From: the human T2T-CHM13v2.0 reference genome, Homo sapiens
Assembly (NCBI RefSeq): GCF_009914755.1
Contig: NC_060925.1
DNA: 64,000 bases
Strand: one strand, 5' to 3'
Part shown: positions 45,781 to 58,909 of the stretch, one piece after another
How positions within the stretch are numbered: position 1 is the first letter of the stretch
How the letters are laid out: each line of letters begins with the position of its first letter
Notes under the pieces: generated by a model
Told to the model about the DNA's origin: nothing
Database searches by the model: none
What the model saw: the letters and a program-made list of their open reading frames with translations, nothing else
Translations under genes and position numbers: made by a program

Positions 45781-46179
45781 GAAAATGTGGCACATATACA
45801 GCATGGAATACTATGCAGCCATAAAAAAGGGATGAGTTCATGTCCTTTGTAGGGACACGGATGAAGCTGGAAACCATCATTCTCAGCAAACTATCGCAAG
45901 GACAAAAAACTAAACACTGCATGTTCTCACTCATAGGTGGGAATTGAACAATGAGAACACTTGGACACAGGAAGGGGAACATCACACAGTGGGGCCTGTC
46001 GTGGGGTGAGGGGAGGGGGGAGGGATAGCATTAGGAGATATACCTAATGTAAATGACGAGTTAATGGGTGCAGCACACCAACATGGCACATGTATACATA
46101 TGTAACAAACCTGCAAGTTGTGCACATGTACCCTAGAACTTGAAGTATAATTAAAAAAAAGACCAAAGGAAAAAAAAAA
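45781..46179 (+). mobile_element. 5'-truncated L1PA4/5-like 3' end
   Basis: gaaaatgtggcac...aatgtaaatgacgag, ccaacatgg, taacaaacc, ccctagaac; A tail. Confidence 0.92.
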
Positions 46180-47613
46180 CCTATAATTAAATGAAAATAA
46201 CATTATCTCTTAGGAAACCGCTTGGAAAAGTTGGATTAAAAAAAAGTTCAAGGTGGCATGGCAAGGTCTGTCAGTAATTAATTGAATTTAAGCAAAACGT
46301 TTACCATAATCAATAGCTGGTTGATAGGCAATTACATGAAAAGTAATTGTGTCTGATTTGAGTGGCATTGCCTGTGATGTGAGTTTTGATAATACATGGC
46401 ACATTGGATTATTTAATTATCAAAACTTCTGGGGGAACTATGAAGGCAAATTTCTCTTTCTTCAAATTGCTGTGGAATTTTGCGGGACTCCAAACTGCTT
46501 AATAGAATTCTAATGCATGTAAATATATTGCTTTAGGTTTGCAATAGAATTTAAGGTTTGTTTGGTTGCAGTATTTGTCACTCCATTGTGGCATGGATTT
46601 GTCTGATCTGCCTAGCTGGGTTTGTATCTTCTTTCTCTATCTTTTTGTAAGCATCCTTTCAAAGTTTGTGTTTAACCAAAGGGAATGAACCTCCATACAA
46701 GAAAAAGACCCTTCCTTATAGATGCTTGATATTAGACCTTTGGCAGATGCATAGTTTGCAAAATCTTTCCCATTCTGTAGGTTGTCTGTTTACTCTGTTG
46801 ATAGTTTCTTTTGCTGTGCAATATCTCTTAAGTTTAATTAGATCACGTTTGTCAGTTTTTGCTTTTGTTGGTACTGCTTTTAGCATCTTTGCCACAAAAT
46901 CTTGCCAGTTCCTATGTCTGGAATGGTATTGCCTAGGTTGTCTTCCGGGGTTTTTATAGATTTGGGTTTTACATTTGTCTTTAACCCATCCTGAGTTAAT
47001 TTTTGTATATGGTCCAAGAAAGAGGTCCAGTTTCAATCTTCTGCATATGGCTAGCCAGTTATCATAGCACCATTTACTGTATAGAGAGTTCTTACCCTAT
47101 TGCTTGTTTTTGTCAACTTTGTTGAAGATCAGGTGATTGTAGGTGTGTGGCCTTATTTCTGGGCTCTCTATTCTGTTCCATTTGTCTATATGTCTGTTTT
47201 TGTATCAGAACCATGCTGTTTTAATTGTTCTGGCCCTGTAGTATAGTTTGACGTTGGATAATGTGATGCCTCCAGTTTTGTTGTTTTTGCTTAGGATTGC
47301 CTTGGCTATTTGGGCTGTTTTTTTGGTTCTATGTGAATTTTAAAATAGTTTTTTCTAGTTCTGTGAAGAATATCATTGTTAGTTTGGTAGGAATAGCATT
47401 GAATCTGTAAATTGCTTTGGGCAGTATGGCCATTGTAATGATATTGATTCTCCCTATCCATGAGCATGAAATATTTATCCATGTGTTTGTGTCATTTCTG
47501 ATTTCTTTGAACAGTGTTTTGTAATTCTCAAAAGGTCTTTCACCTCCCTGGTTAGCTGTATTCCTAAGTATTTTATTGTTTTGTGGCAATTGTGAACGGG
47601 ATTGTGTTCCTGA

Positions 47614-47987
<374 letters not shown>

Positions 47988-50370
47988 TGAAACTTTTTTG
48001 AAGTTGTTTATCAGCTGAAGGAGATTTTGGGCTGAGGCTATGGGGTTTTCCAGATATAGAATTATGCTGTCTGCAAACAGGGATAGTTTGACTTCCTCTT
48101 TTCCTATTTGGATGCCCTTTATTTCTTTCTCTTGCATGATTGCTCCAGCCAGGAGTTCCACTATGTTTGATAGGAGTGGTGAAAGAGGGTATCCTTGTCT
48201 TGTGCTGGTTTTCAAAGGGAATGCTTCCAGCTTTGGCACAGTCAGTATGATGTTGGCTCTGGGTTTTAATAGATGGCTCTTATTTTTTTTAAGGTGTGTT
48301 CCTTCAATACCTAGTTTATTGAGCCTTTTTAACATGAAGGATGTTGAATTGTACTGACTTTTCTGCGTCTATTGAGATGATCATGCATTTTTTTGTCTTT
48401 CATTCTGTTTGTGTGTTGAACCAAACTTGCATCCCAGAGATAAAGCCTACTTGATTGTGGTGGATTTGCTTTTAATGTGCTGCTGGATTCATTTTGCAAG
48501 TATTTTGTTGAAATTCTTTGCATCAATGTTCATCAAAAATATTGGCCTGAAGTTTTCCTTTTCTGTTAAGTCTCTGCCAGATTTTGGTATAAGGATGATG
48601 TCTTAAAGAATGAGTTGAGATGTCTCTCCCCCTTGATTTTTTGGAATAGTTTAAGTAGGAATTATACCATCGCTTTTTTATACATCTGGTAGAATTCAGA
48701 TGTGAATCTGTCTGGTCCTGGGCTTTTTTTTTGGTTGGCAGGGGATTTATTACTCATTTAGTTTCAGAGCTTGTTATTGGTCTGTTCAGGATTCAATTCA
48801 GGAGTAAAATGGTAACATCTACTTCATCATTTCTGAGTTTTTTGGATCTACTCTATTTTCTTCTTTATTAATGTAGCTTGCAGCCTATCTTATAATTTTT
48901 TAAAAAAACAACTTCTATATTTATTGATCTTTTGAATGGTTTTTCATGTGTCAGTCTCCTTCAGTTTAGCTCTGATTTTTGTTATTTCTTTCTTGTCTTC
49001 TGCTAGCTTTGAGGTTGGTTTGCTCTTGCTTCTGCAATTCTTTTAGTTGTGATTTGAGATCTTTCTAACTTTTTGATGTGGACATTTAGTGCTATAAATT
49101 TCCCTCTTAACACTACCTTAGCTGTATCCCAGAGATTCTGGTATGTTATATCTTTGATCTCAGTTTCAAAGAATTTCTTGATTTCTGCCTTAATGTCATT
49201 ATTTGCCCAAACATCATTTAGGAGCAGGTTGTTTAATTTCCATGTAATTGAATGGTTTTCAGTTCTACTATTATCATGTGGGAGTACAAGATTCTTTGTA
49301 GGTCTCTAAGAACTTGCTTTATGAATCTGGGTGCTCCTGTGTTGGGTGGATATGTATTTAGGATAGTTAGTTCTTCTGGTTGAATTGAACTCTTTACCAT
49401 TATGTAATGCCCTTCTTTGTCATTTTTGATCTTTGTTGGTTTAAAATCTTTTTTTTTTCTGAAATTAGGAATACAACCCTTGATTTTTTTCTGATTTCTA
49501 TTTGCTTGGTAGATTTTCCTCCATCCCTTTATTTTGAGCCTATGGGTGTTTTTGTGTGTGAGATGAGTCTCTTGAATACAACAAACCATTGAATCTTTCT
49601 TTTTATCTAGCTTGCCACTCTGTGCCTTTTAAATGGGGGCATCTAGCCCATTTACCTTCAAGGTTAGTATTAATATGTGTGTATTTGATCATGTCATTGT
49701 GGTGTTATCTTGTTATTAGCTTGTTTGTGTGGTTGCTTTATAGTGTCATTGGTCTGTGTATTTAAGTGTGTTTTTGTAGTGGCTGGTAACAGTCTTTCCC
49801 TGTGATATTTAGTGCTCCTTTGAAGATCTCTTGCAAGATGGATATGGTGGTAAAAAACTCCCTCAGCATTTGCTTATCTCAAAAGGAATTTATTTCTTCT
49901 TTGCTGAGGAAGCTTACTTTGGCTGGATATGAAATTCTTGGTTGAAGATACTTTTCTTTAAAAATGTTGAATGTAGACCCCCAATCTCTTCTGGCTTGTA
50001 GGGTTTCTACTGAGAGATCCACAGAAACCATTTGAAAATGATCTACTCTTTCTCTCTAGCTGCCTTTAATATTCTTTTTTTCATTTTGACCTTGGAAAAT
50101 CTGATAATTATGTGTCTTGGGGATGATCTTCTTGTGTAGAATCTTGCAGGGGCTCTCTGTATTTCCTGAATTTGACTGTTGGCTTCTCTAGTAAAATTGG
50201 GCAAGTTTTCACAGATGATATCCTGAAATATATTTTCCAAGTTGTTTGCTTTCTCCCCGTCTTTTTGAGGAATGCCAATGAATCATAGGTCTTGCCTCCT
50301 TACATACTCCCATATTTCCTGGAGGTTTTGCTCATTTCTTTTCATTCTTTTTAATTTTGCCTGTTTTATT

Positions 50371-53300
50371 ATTATTTTTAAAAATTATACTTTAAGTTCT
50401 GGGATACATGCGCAGAACGTGCAGGTTTGTTACATAGGTTTACGCGTGCCATGTGGTTTGCTGCATCCATCAACTTGTCATCTACTTTAGGTATTTCTCC
50501 TAATGCTATCCCTCCCCTAGCCCCCTGCCCCCAAACAGGCCCCAGTGTGTGATGTTCCCCTCCCTGTGTCCATGTATTCTCATTGTTCAACTCCCATGTA
50601 GGAGTGAGAACATGCCAAGTTTGGTTTTCTGCTCTTGTGTTAGTTTGTTGAGAATGATGGTTTCCAGCTTCACCCATGTGCCTGCAAATGTCGTGAACTC
50701 ATCCTTTTTTATGGCTGAATAGTATTCCATGGTGTATATGCACCACATTTTCTCTATCCAGTTTATTATTGATGGGCATTTGGGTTGGTTCCAAGTCTTT
50801 GCTACTGTGAACAGCGCTGTAATATACATACGGATGTGTCTCTATAGTAGAATGATTTATAATCCTTTGGGTATGCTCCACATTGATTTTGTATTCTGAG
50901 ACTTTGCTGAAGTTGCTTATCAACTTAAGGAGATTTTGGGCTGAGATGATGGGGTTTTCTAAATAATCAATCATGTCATCTGCAAACAGAGACAATTTGA
51001 CTTCCTCTCTCCCTATTTGAATACCCTTTATTTCTTTCTCTTGCCTGATTGCCCTGGCCAGAACTTCCAATATTATGTTGAATAGGAATGGTGAGAGAGG
51101 GTGTCCTTGTCTTGTGCCAGTTTTCAAACGGAATGCTTCCAGCTTTTGCCCATTCAGTATGATATTGGCTGTGGGTCTGTCATAAATAGCTCTTATTATT
51201 TTGAGGTATGTTCCATCAATACCTAGTTTATTGAGGGTTTTTAGCATGAAGGGGTGTTGAATTTTATCAAAGGTCTTTTCTGCATCTATTGAGATAATCA
51301 CGTGGTTTTTGTCACTGGTTCTGTTTATGTGATGAATTACGTTTATTGATTTGTGTATGTTAAACCAGCCTTGGATCCCAGGGATGAAGCTGACTTGATC
51401 ATGGTGGAGAAGCTTTTTGATGTGCTGCTGGATTTGGTTTGCCAGTATTTTATCGAGGATTTTTACATTGATGTTCATCAGGGATATTGGCCTGAAATTT
51501 TATTTTCCTGTTGTGTTTCTGCCAGGTTTTGGTATCAGGATGATGTTGGCCTCATAAAATGAGTTAGGGAAGAGTTCCTTTTTTTCTGTTGTTTGGAATA
51601 ATTTCAGAAGGAATGGTACCAGCTCCTCTTTGTACCTCTGTTAGAATTTGGCTGTGAATCCATCTGGTCCTGGGCTTTTTTTGGTTGTAGGCTATTAATT
51701 ACTGCCTCAATTTCAGAACTTGTTTTTGATCTTTTCAGGGATTTGACTTCTTCCTGGTTTAGTCTTGGGAGGGTTTATGTGTCCAGGAATTTATCCATTT
51801 TTTCTAGATTTTCTAGTTTATTTGCATAGAGGTGTTTATAGTACTCTCTGATGGTAGGTTGTATTTCTGTGGGATCAGTGGTGATCTCCCCTTTATCATT
51901 TTTTATTGTGTCTATTTGACTTTTCTCTCTTCTTTATTAATCTGTCTAGCAGTCTATCTATTTTTTTAATCTTTTCAAAAAACCAGCTCCTGGATTTATT
52001 GATTTTTTTGAAGGCTTTTTCATATCTCTATCTCCTTCAATTCTGCTCTGATCTTAGTTATTTCTTGTCTTCTGCTAGCTTTTAAATTTGTTTGCTCTTG
52101 CTTCTCTAGTTCTTTTAATTGTGATGTTAGGTTGTTGATTTTAGATCTTTCCCACTTTCTCCTGTGGGCATTTAGTGCTATAAATTCCCCTCTAAACACT
52201 GCTTTAAATGTGTCCCAGAGATTCTGGTATGTTGTGTCTTTGTTCTCATTGATTTCAAATAACTTATTTATTTCTGCTTTCATTTTATTATTTACCCAGG
52301 AGTCATTTGGGAGCAGGTTGTTCATTTTCCATGTAGTTGTGCAGTTTTGAGTGAGTTTCTTCATCCTGAGTTCTAATTTGATTGCACTGTGGTCTGAGAG
52401 ACTGTTATGATTTCTGTTCTTTTGCATTTGCTGAGGAGTGTTTTACTTCCAATGATGTGATCAATTTTACAATAAGTGCGATGTGGTTCTGAGAAGAATG
52501 TATATTCTGTTGATTTGGGGTGTAGAGTTCTGTAGATGTCTATTAGGTCCACTTGGTCCAGAGCAGAGTTCAAGTCCTGAATATCCTTGTTAATTTTCTG
52601 TCTCATTGATCTGTCTAATATTGACAATGGGCTGTTAAAGTCTCCCACTATTATTTTGTGGGAGTGTGAGTCTCTTCGTAGGTCTCTAAGGCCTTGCTTT
52701 ATGAATCTGGGTGCTCCTGTATTGGGTGCATATATATTTAGGATAGTTAGATCATCTTTTTGTGTTGATCCCTTTACCATTATGCAATGCCCTTCTTTGT
52801 CTTTTTTGATCTTTGTTGATTTAACGTCTGTTTTGTCAGAGACTAGGATTGCAACCCCTTCTTTTTTTTTTTGCTTTCCATTTGCTTGATAAATCTTCCT
52901 CCACCCCTTTATTTTGAGCCTATGTGTGTCTTTGCACATGAGATGGGTCTCTTGAACACAGCACACCAATGGGTGTTGACTCTTTATGCAATTTGCCAGT
53001 CTGTGTCTTTTAATTGGGGCATTTATCCCATTTACATTTAAGGTTAATATTGTTATGTGTGAATTTGATCCTGTCATTATGATGCTAGCTGGTTATTTTG
53101 CCCATTAGTTGATGCAGTTTCTTCATAGTATCGATGGTCTTTACAATTTGATATGCTTTTGCAGTGGCTGGTACTTGCTTTTCCTTTCCATATTTAGTGC
53201 TTCCTTCAGGAGCTCTTGTAAGGCAGGCCTGGTGGTGACAAAATCTCTCAGCATTTGCTTGTCTGTAAAGGATTTTATTTCTCTTTCACTTTTGAAGCTT

Positions 53301-55481
53301 AGTTTGGCTGGATATGAAATTGTGGGTTGAAAATTCTTTTATTTAAGAATGTTAAATATTGATCTCCACTCTTGTCTGGCTTGGAGGGTTTCTGCAGAGA
53401 AATTTGCTGTTAGTCTGATGGGGTTCTCTGTGTGGGTAACCTGATCTTTCTCTCTGGCTGCGCTTAACATTTTTTCCTTCATTTCAACCTTGGTGAATCT
53501 GATGATTATGTTTCTTGGGGTTGTTCTTCTCGAGGAGTATCTTTGTGGTGTTCTCTGTATTTCCTGAATTTGAATGTTGGCCTGTCTTGCTAGGTTGCAG
53601 AAGTTCTCCTGGATAAAATCCAGAAGAGTGTTTTCCAACTTGGTTCCATTCTCATCACTTTCAGGTACACCAATCAAACGTAGGTTTGGTCTTTTCACAT
53701 AGTCTCATAGTTCTTGGAGGCTTTGCTCATTTCTTTTCATTCTTTTTTCTCTAATCTTGTCTTCACGCGTTATTTCATTAAGTTGATCTTCAATCTCTGA
53801 TATCCTTTATTCCACTTGCTGGATTTGACTATTGACACTTGTGTATGCTTTATGAAGTTCTTGTGCTGTGTTTTTCGTCTCCATCAGGTCATTTATGTTC
53901 TTCTCTAAACTGGTTATTCTAATTAGCAGTTCCCGTAACCTTTTGTCAAGGTTCTTAGCTTCCTTGTATTGGGTTAGAACATGCTCCTTTAGCTTGAAGG
54001 AGTTTGTATTATCCACCTTCTGAAGCCTACTTCTGTCAATTCATCAAACTCATTCTCCGTCCAGTTTTGTTCCCTTGCTAGTGAGTAGTCGTGATCCCTT
54101 GGAGAAGCAGAGGCATTCTGGTTTTTGAAATGTTCAGCCTTTTTGCGCTGGTTTTTCCTTGTGTTTGTGGATTTATCTACCTTTGGTATTTGATGCTGGT
54201 GACCTTCCGATGGGGTTTTTGTGTGGACATCCTTTTTGTTGATGTTGATGTTATAGTTTTCCTTCTAACAGTCAGGGCCCTCTGCTGCAGGTCTGCTGGA
54301 GTTTGCTGGAGGTCCACCCTAGACCCTGTTTGCCTGGGTATCACCAGTGGAGGCTGCAGAACAGCAAAGATTGTTGCCTTTTCCTTCCTCTGGAAACTTC
54401 ATCTCAGAGGGGCGTCTGCCAGATGCCAGCCAGAGCTCTCCTGTATGTGGTGTCTGTTGACCCCTGCTGAGTGGTGTCTCCCAGTCAGGAGGCACGGAGG
54501 TCAGGGACCCACATGTGGAGGCAGTCTGTCCCTTAGCAGAGCTCAAGGGCTGTGCTGGGAGATCCCCTTCTCTCTTCAGAGCCAGCAGGCAGGAACATTT
54601 AAGTCTGCTGAAGCTGTGCCCACAGCAGCCCCTTCTTTCACGTGCTCTGTCCCATGGAGATGGGCTTTTTATCTATAAGTCGCTGACTGAGGCTGCTGCC
54701 TTTCTTTCAGAGATGCTCTGCCCAGAGAGGAGGGATCTAGAGAGGCAGTCTGGCTTTAGTGGCTTTGCTGAGCTGTGGTGGGCTCTGCCCAGTTCAGACT
54801 TTCGGGCAGCTTTGTTCACACTGTGAGGGGAAAACTGCCTACTCAAGCCTCAGTAATGGAGGATGCCCCTCCCTCCACCAAGCTTAAGCATCCCAGGTAG
54901 ACTTCAGACTGCTGTGCTGGCAGTGAGAATTTCAAGCCAGTGGATCTTAGCTTGCTGGGCTCTGTGGGAGTGGAATCTGCTGAGCTAGACTACTTGGCTC
55001 CCTGGCTTCAGCCCCCTTTCCGGGGGAGTGAATGGTTCTGTCTTGCTGGCATTCCAGGCACCACTGGGGTATGAAAGAAAAAAACTCCTGCAGCTAGCTC
55101 AGTGTCTGCCCAAACATCTATCCAGTTTTGTGCTTGAAACCCAGGGTCCTGGTGGTATAGGCATCGGAGGGAATCTTTTGGTCTGCGGGTTAGAAAGACT
55201 GTGGGAAAAGCATAGCATCTTGGCTTGAATGCACTGTTCCTCACCGTACAGTCCCTCATGGCTTCCCTTGGCTAGGGGAGGGACTTCCCCGACCCCTTGT
55301 GCTTCCCGGGTGAGGTGGTGCCCTGCCCTGCTTCAGCTCACCCTCTGTGGGCTGCACCCACTGTCTAACAAGTCCTAATGAGATGAGCTGAGTACCTCAG
55401 TTGGAAATGCAGAAATCACTCACCTTCTGTGTTGATCTCACTGGGAGCTGCAGACCAGAGATGTTCCTTTTCAGCCATCTT
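50371..55481 (-). mobile_element. Near-full-length L1PA7/8-like element (5'UTR, ORF1, ORF2, 3'UTR) with an internal ORF2 deletion; inactive
   Basis: 5' end aagatggctgaa; ORF1 KRPNLRLIGVPE; ORF2 from 53077 MTGSNSHITILTLN; [11 protein letters not shown]; TSD tgcctgt(t/c)ttatt (50358-50370 and 55482-55494). Confidence 0.96.
55474..55481 (-). promoter_or_regulatory. YY1 core site at the start of the L1 5'UTR promoter
   Basis: gccatctt on + (aagatggc on -), the known L1 YY1 motif position; function untested. Confidence 0.6.
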
Positions 55482-56555
55482 TGCCTGTCTTATTTTAAAG
55501 AGCTACTCCTCAAGTTCCAAGATCTTTCCTCAGATTGTTTTCTTTCTGCTGTTAATCCTTGTAATGGATTGCATTGTGAAATTCTTGTGTGTTTTTCATC
55601 TCTGTCAGATTATACTGGCTATTTTGTCTGTTAGCTCCTGTATCATTTTCTTATGATTCTTAGTTTGCAGATTGAGTTTTGGCCTTCTCCTGAATATCAA
55701 TGATTTTTGTTCCTATTCATATTCTAATTTCTGTTTCTGTCATTTCAGCCAACTCAGCCTGGTTAAGAACACCTGTTGAAGAACTAGTGCAGGCGTTTGG
55801 AGGACATAGGACACTCTGGCCATGTGAGTTACCAGAACTCTTGCATTGATTTTTTCTCAGCTCTGCATGTGTGTGTCCCTTTAACTGATGGGCTGCCTCT
55901 AATTGAAGTGGTCAGTTAGGGGCTGGGTGGACATACTTGAGTCCCAGCTCAGGTGATCCTGTCTAGTGAGGAGAAGTGAGGACTGGGACCTATGTGGAGA
56001 ACAGTCCAGCCACTTTTCCATGAGGTAGTTGGTCTGTCCTGGGAGTTTGGACCAGTCCCTGGTCCCTTGGATTCTGCAGACCCTTGAAACATCTAGGATG
56101 AGAGTTCCAAGATGGCAATTATGGCAACCTGCCCCTCCTACTGGGAGTTTTGTTGCAGAGTTGCTACTGGCTCGATATTCCCAGTGTGGGGTGATTGGAG
56201 ACCCAGGCTGGGAGGACCCACCCACTGAAGAGATATAGGATTGGGGACCCATGTAGCAAATAGTCTGGGCACTTTTCCATAGGGCTGCTCCAGTATGCTG
56301 GAGGTCCGTTCCAGTCCCTAGTCACCTTGGATATTTAGTACCTGAAGGTATCAGTGAAGGCCGCAAAATGTCTCTTGCTTTTTTAAACTACACTTATTCA
56401 CATGACTTCATCTGCCTATTGAAAATCATATTATTACCACAAGACTGTTGGGAAAATCAGAGGTACCTAATGGGTGTTCAATATGGTAATTATTATTGTG
56501 TTGATACTCACAAATTTGACTATCACCTAGCCATTAATTGTAATATTTAAGAAGA

Positions 56556-56842
56556 GGCCAGGCACAGTGGCTTGCACCTTTAAGCCCAGCACTTTGGGAG
56601 GCTGAGGCAGGTGGATTGCTTGAGCTCACGAGTTCAAGACCAGCCTGGGCAACATAGTGAAGCCCTGTCTCTACAAAAAATACAAAAATCAGCTGGGCAT
56701 GGTGGTGCATGCCTGTCGTCTTAGCTACTTGGGAGGCTGAAGTGGGAGGATGGCTTGAGCCCAGGAGTTGGAGGTTGCTGTGAGCTGAGATTGCACCCCT
56801 GCACTCCAGGCTGGGTGATAGAGCCAGACCTTGTCTCAAAAA

Positions 56843-56874
<32 letters not shown>
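56556..56874 (+). mobile_element. AluJ (Jb-like)
   Basis: ggattgcttgagctc, ctgggcaacatag and gggaggatggcttgagcccaggag diagnostics; tail A24-G-A12. Confidence 0.95.
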
Positions 56875-56875
<1 letters not shown>

Positions 56876-56879
56876 AAGT

Positions 56880-57125
56880 GCATCTTATCTTATAGGTATA
56901 TAAATAGACTTGTGATATTACATTCACTAAATAAAACAGCATAATAAAAGTGTGTAAACTAGATGTCCTTAACTATTTAAAATATATGAAGGGAAAAAAC
57001 TGAAAGGAAATATGTCAAAATGTTAATTCTAGTTATTTTTGATAGGGTACTATGGATAAATGCTCTTTCTGATTTTAAAATTTTATATTTAAAAATCTTT
57101 TGTTTAATTATAAAAGGAAAAATAC
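56880..57125 (+). mobile_element. L1ME-type 3' end
   Basis: aaaaactgaaaggaaatatgtcaaaatgttaa...gttattttt. Confidence 0.55.
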
Positions 57126-58909
57126 ATTATGTCATATAACCATAAAAACTTGAAAGTGATTTGTAATGAAAACTAATTTAGATTTAGATTTTTTTATGGT
57201 AAAACGTTGATTTCATTAAGAATATCTCATTGCTGCAATAAAATGAGATTGTTTTGGAAGAATAACATTTCTAGATTGCCACTCTTTGAATTGAGGAAAA
57301 CATGCCCTTTTATAGTATTTTATTATCAAATATACTTTGATTTGTAAATGCAATATATGTTATATAAACAAAAATCAAGACATACTGGCCTTTTGTGGAA
57401 GTGCTCTGTTCTCTGTAGAAACGTATGTTCTTGTGAATAAAATTTGCTTTTTCTACTCCTGCATGACCATTCAAATCTATGTCTTAGTGTATAACTGCTT
57501 TGTTTTCTTTTTGTCTTTTGTTTTTGAAAGTGTATTTATATTCTTTTTAAATTTGCAATATTATATAATCATTGTAGAAAGTTTGAAAATTATTAGAAAA
57601 TATAAAAATATGTGAAAGAAAATAATTATTAGTGATTCTGTTGTCTGTACATAAGAGCTGTTAACACTATAAAACATTTTTTTCTACATTTTTTTTCAAC
57701 AAAGTTGAGTAAACTGCAAATGATCTTGTACATTTGGTGAGGATTTTATATCATTAAGTTTTGTTTCAAAGTATGACTTTTTGTTTAATAATTTGAATAT
57801 TCCATGATTTGTTTAAATTTGTGTTTTTGAAGTTAGTAGTTTGAACAGTCTGTTGGTCAATTGAATTTTTCTATAAATTATTGTTCTCTAACTTTTCTCA
57901 CTTTTTTATGGAATGTTAATGCTTCTCTTATTGATTTTCTGAACTCAGTACATTAAACATGTTTCTGTAAATTTTAAAACAAATTGTTACTTATATTTTG
58001 TCTATTAAAACATTTTAAGAACTGTGCATTTTAATATACATAAACAGCATTAAAAATCTAAACATCTAAACACTGAATATGATGCAGTCTCTTTTACTTT
58101 CGGAAAATAATGAGTCAGAGAAGCACTAAGACAAATACTGGTCACTTTCACATACATTCTGTCGAACAGCTCTGTGGAGAGGCAGCTGTAATCTAAGGAT
58201 TTAAGAGTGTGTTCTCAAATATAGCCCCAGCCTCTGCCATGTAGGGCACTATCCTTTCCAGAAATTAATTATATTTCTTAAAGTACCTCTAGACTGAAGG
58301 CATGGGAACTTAACATGACAAAGAATTGCTAATGATGAAATTTAAGATTTGTGGGGAAGATAACTAGTGGGTCCTTTTTGCCTTCCTTTCGTTCCATGGG
58401 AGTTGGATGCTGTTTGCTCTTATTTTCTCATATTTAACATGTCCCTGCCTGAATGTTGGAAACACTTTCTGTAACCAACCAAAGTCTCCTATCCCGGGCA
58501 CTGTGTTTTATATTTTTTCTGCGGATGGGTTGTTCCATGTTTCAGCAGCAATTCCTGGACTGCTAAGCTCTATTTTTTTATAAAGTGTCTTGTTTACTAA
58601 GTCAGTTGCCTTCTGGGGCAAGCCATTTTAGGACATAATAACTCTTAATACCTTTTGCACATTTGTCCCATAATATGGTTGTATCCACACATGCAAATAC
58701 ATTTGACTGAATTCAGCAAAACCAGTTAGGTTTTGTTATTATATGTAATGAATAACTGGTTTCATGGCATTTTCAAATTTTTGGCTGTTGGATTTAGTCT
58801 CATCCAGATGTGACCTATAAGAATTATTAGCTTATGTAAAAATTTTAAGAAAGGAATAAAAAGTTTTAAAAATCTTTACCACAGAATAAATGAAATTTGC
58901 CTTGGCTCC

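Noticed and set aside
50699-53698. Possibly active L1 (intact FADD, 234-aa endonuclease ORF)
   Set aside because: ORF1 start appears mutated, there are multiple frameshifts and stops, and a large ORF2 deletion.
54091-54826. 195-aa and 103-aa plus-strand ORFs
   Set aside because: Antisense reading of the L1 5'UTR/ORF1 start with non-ATG starts; no independent coding evidence.
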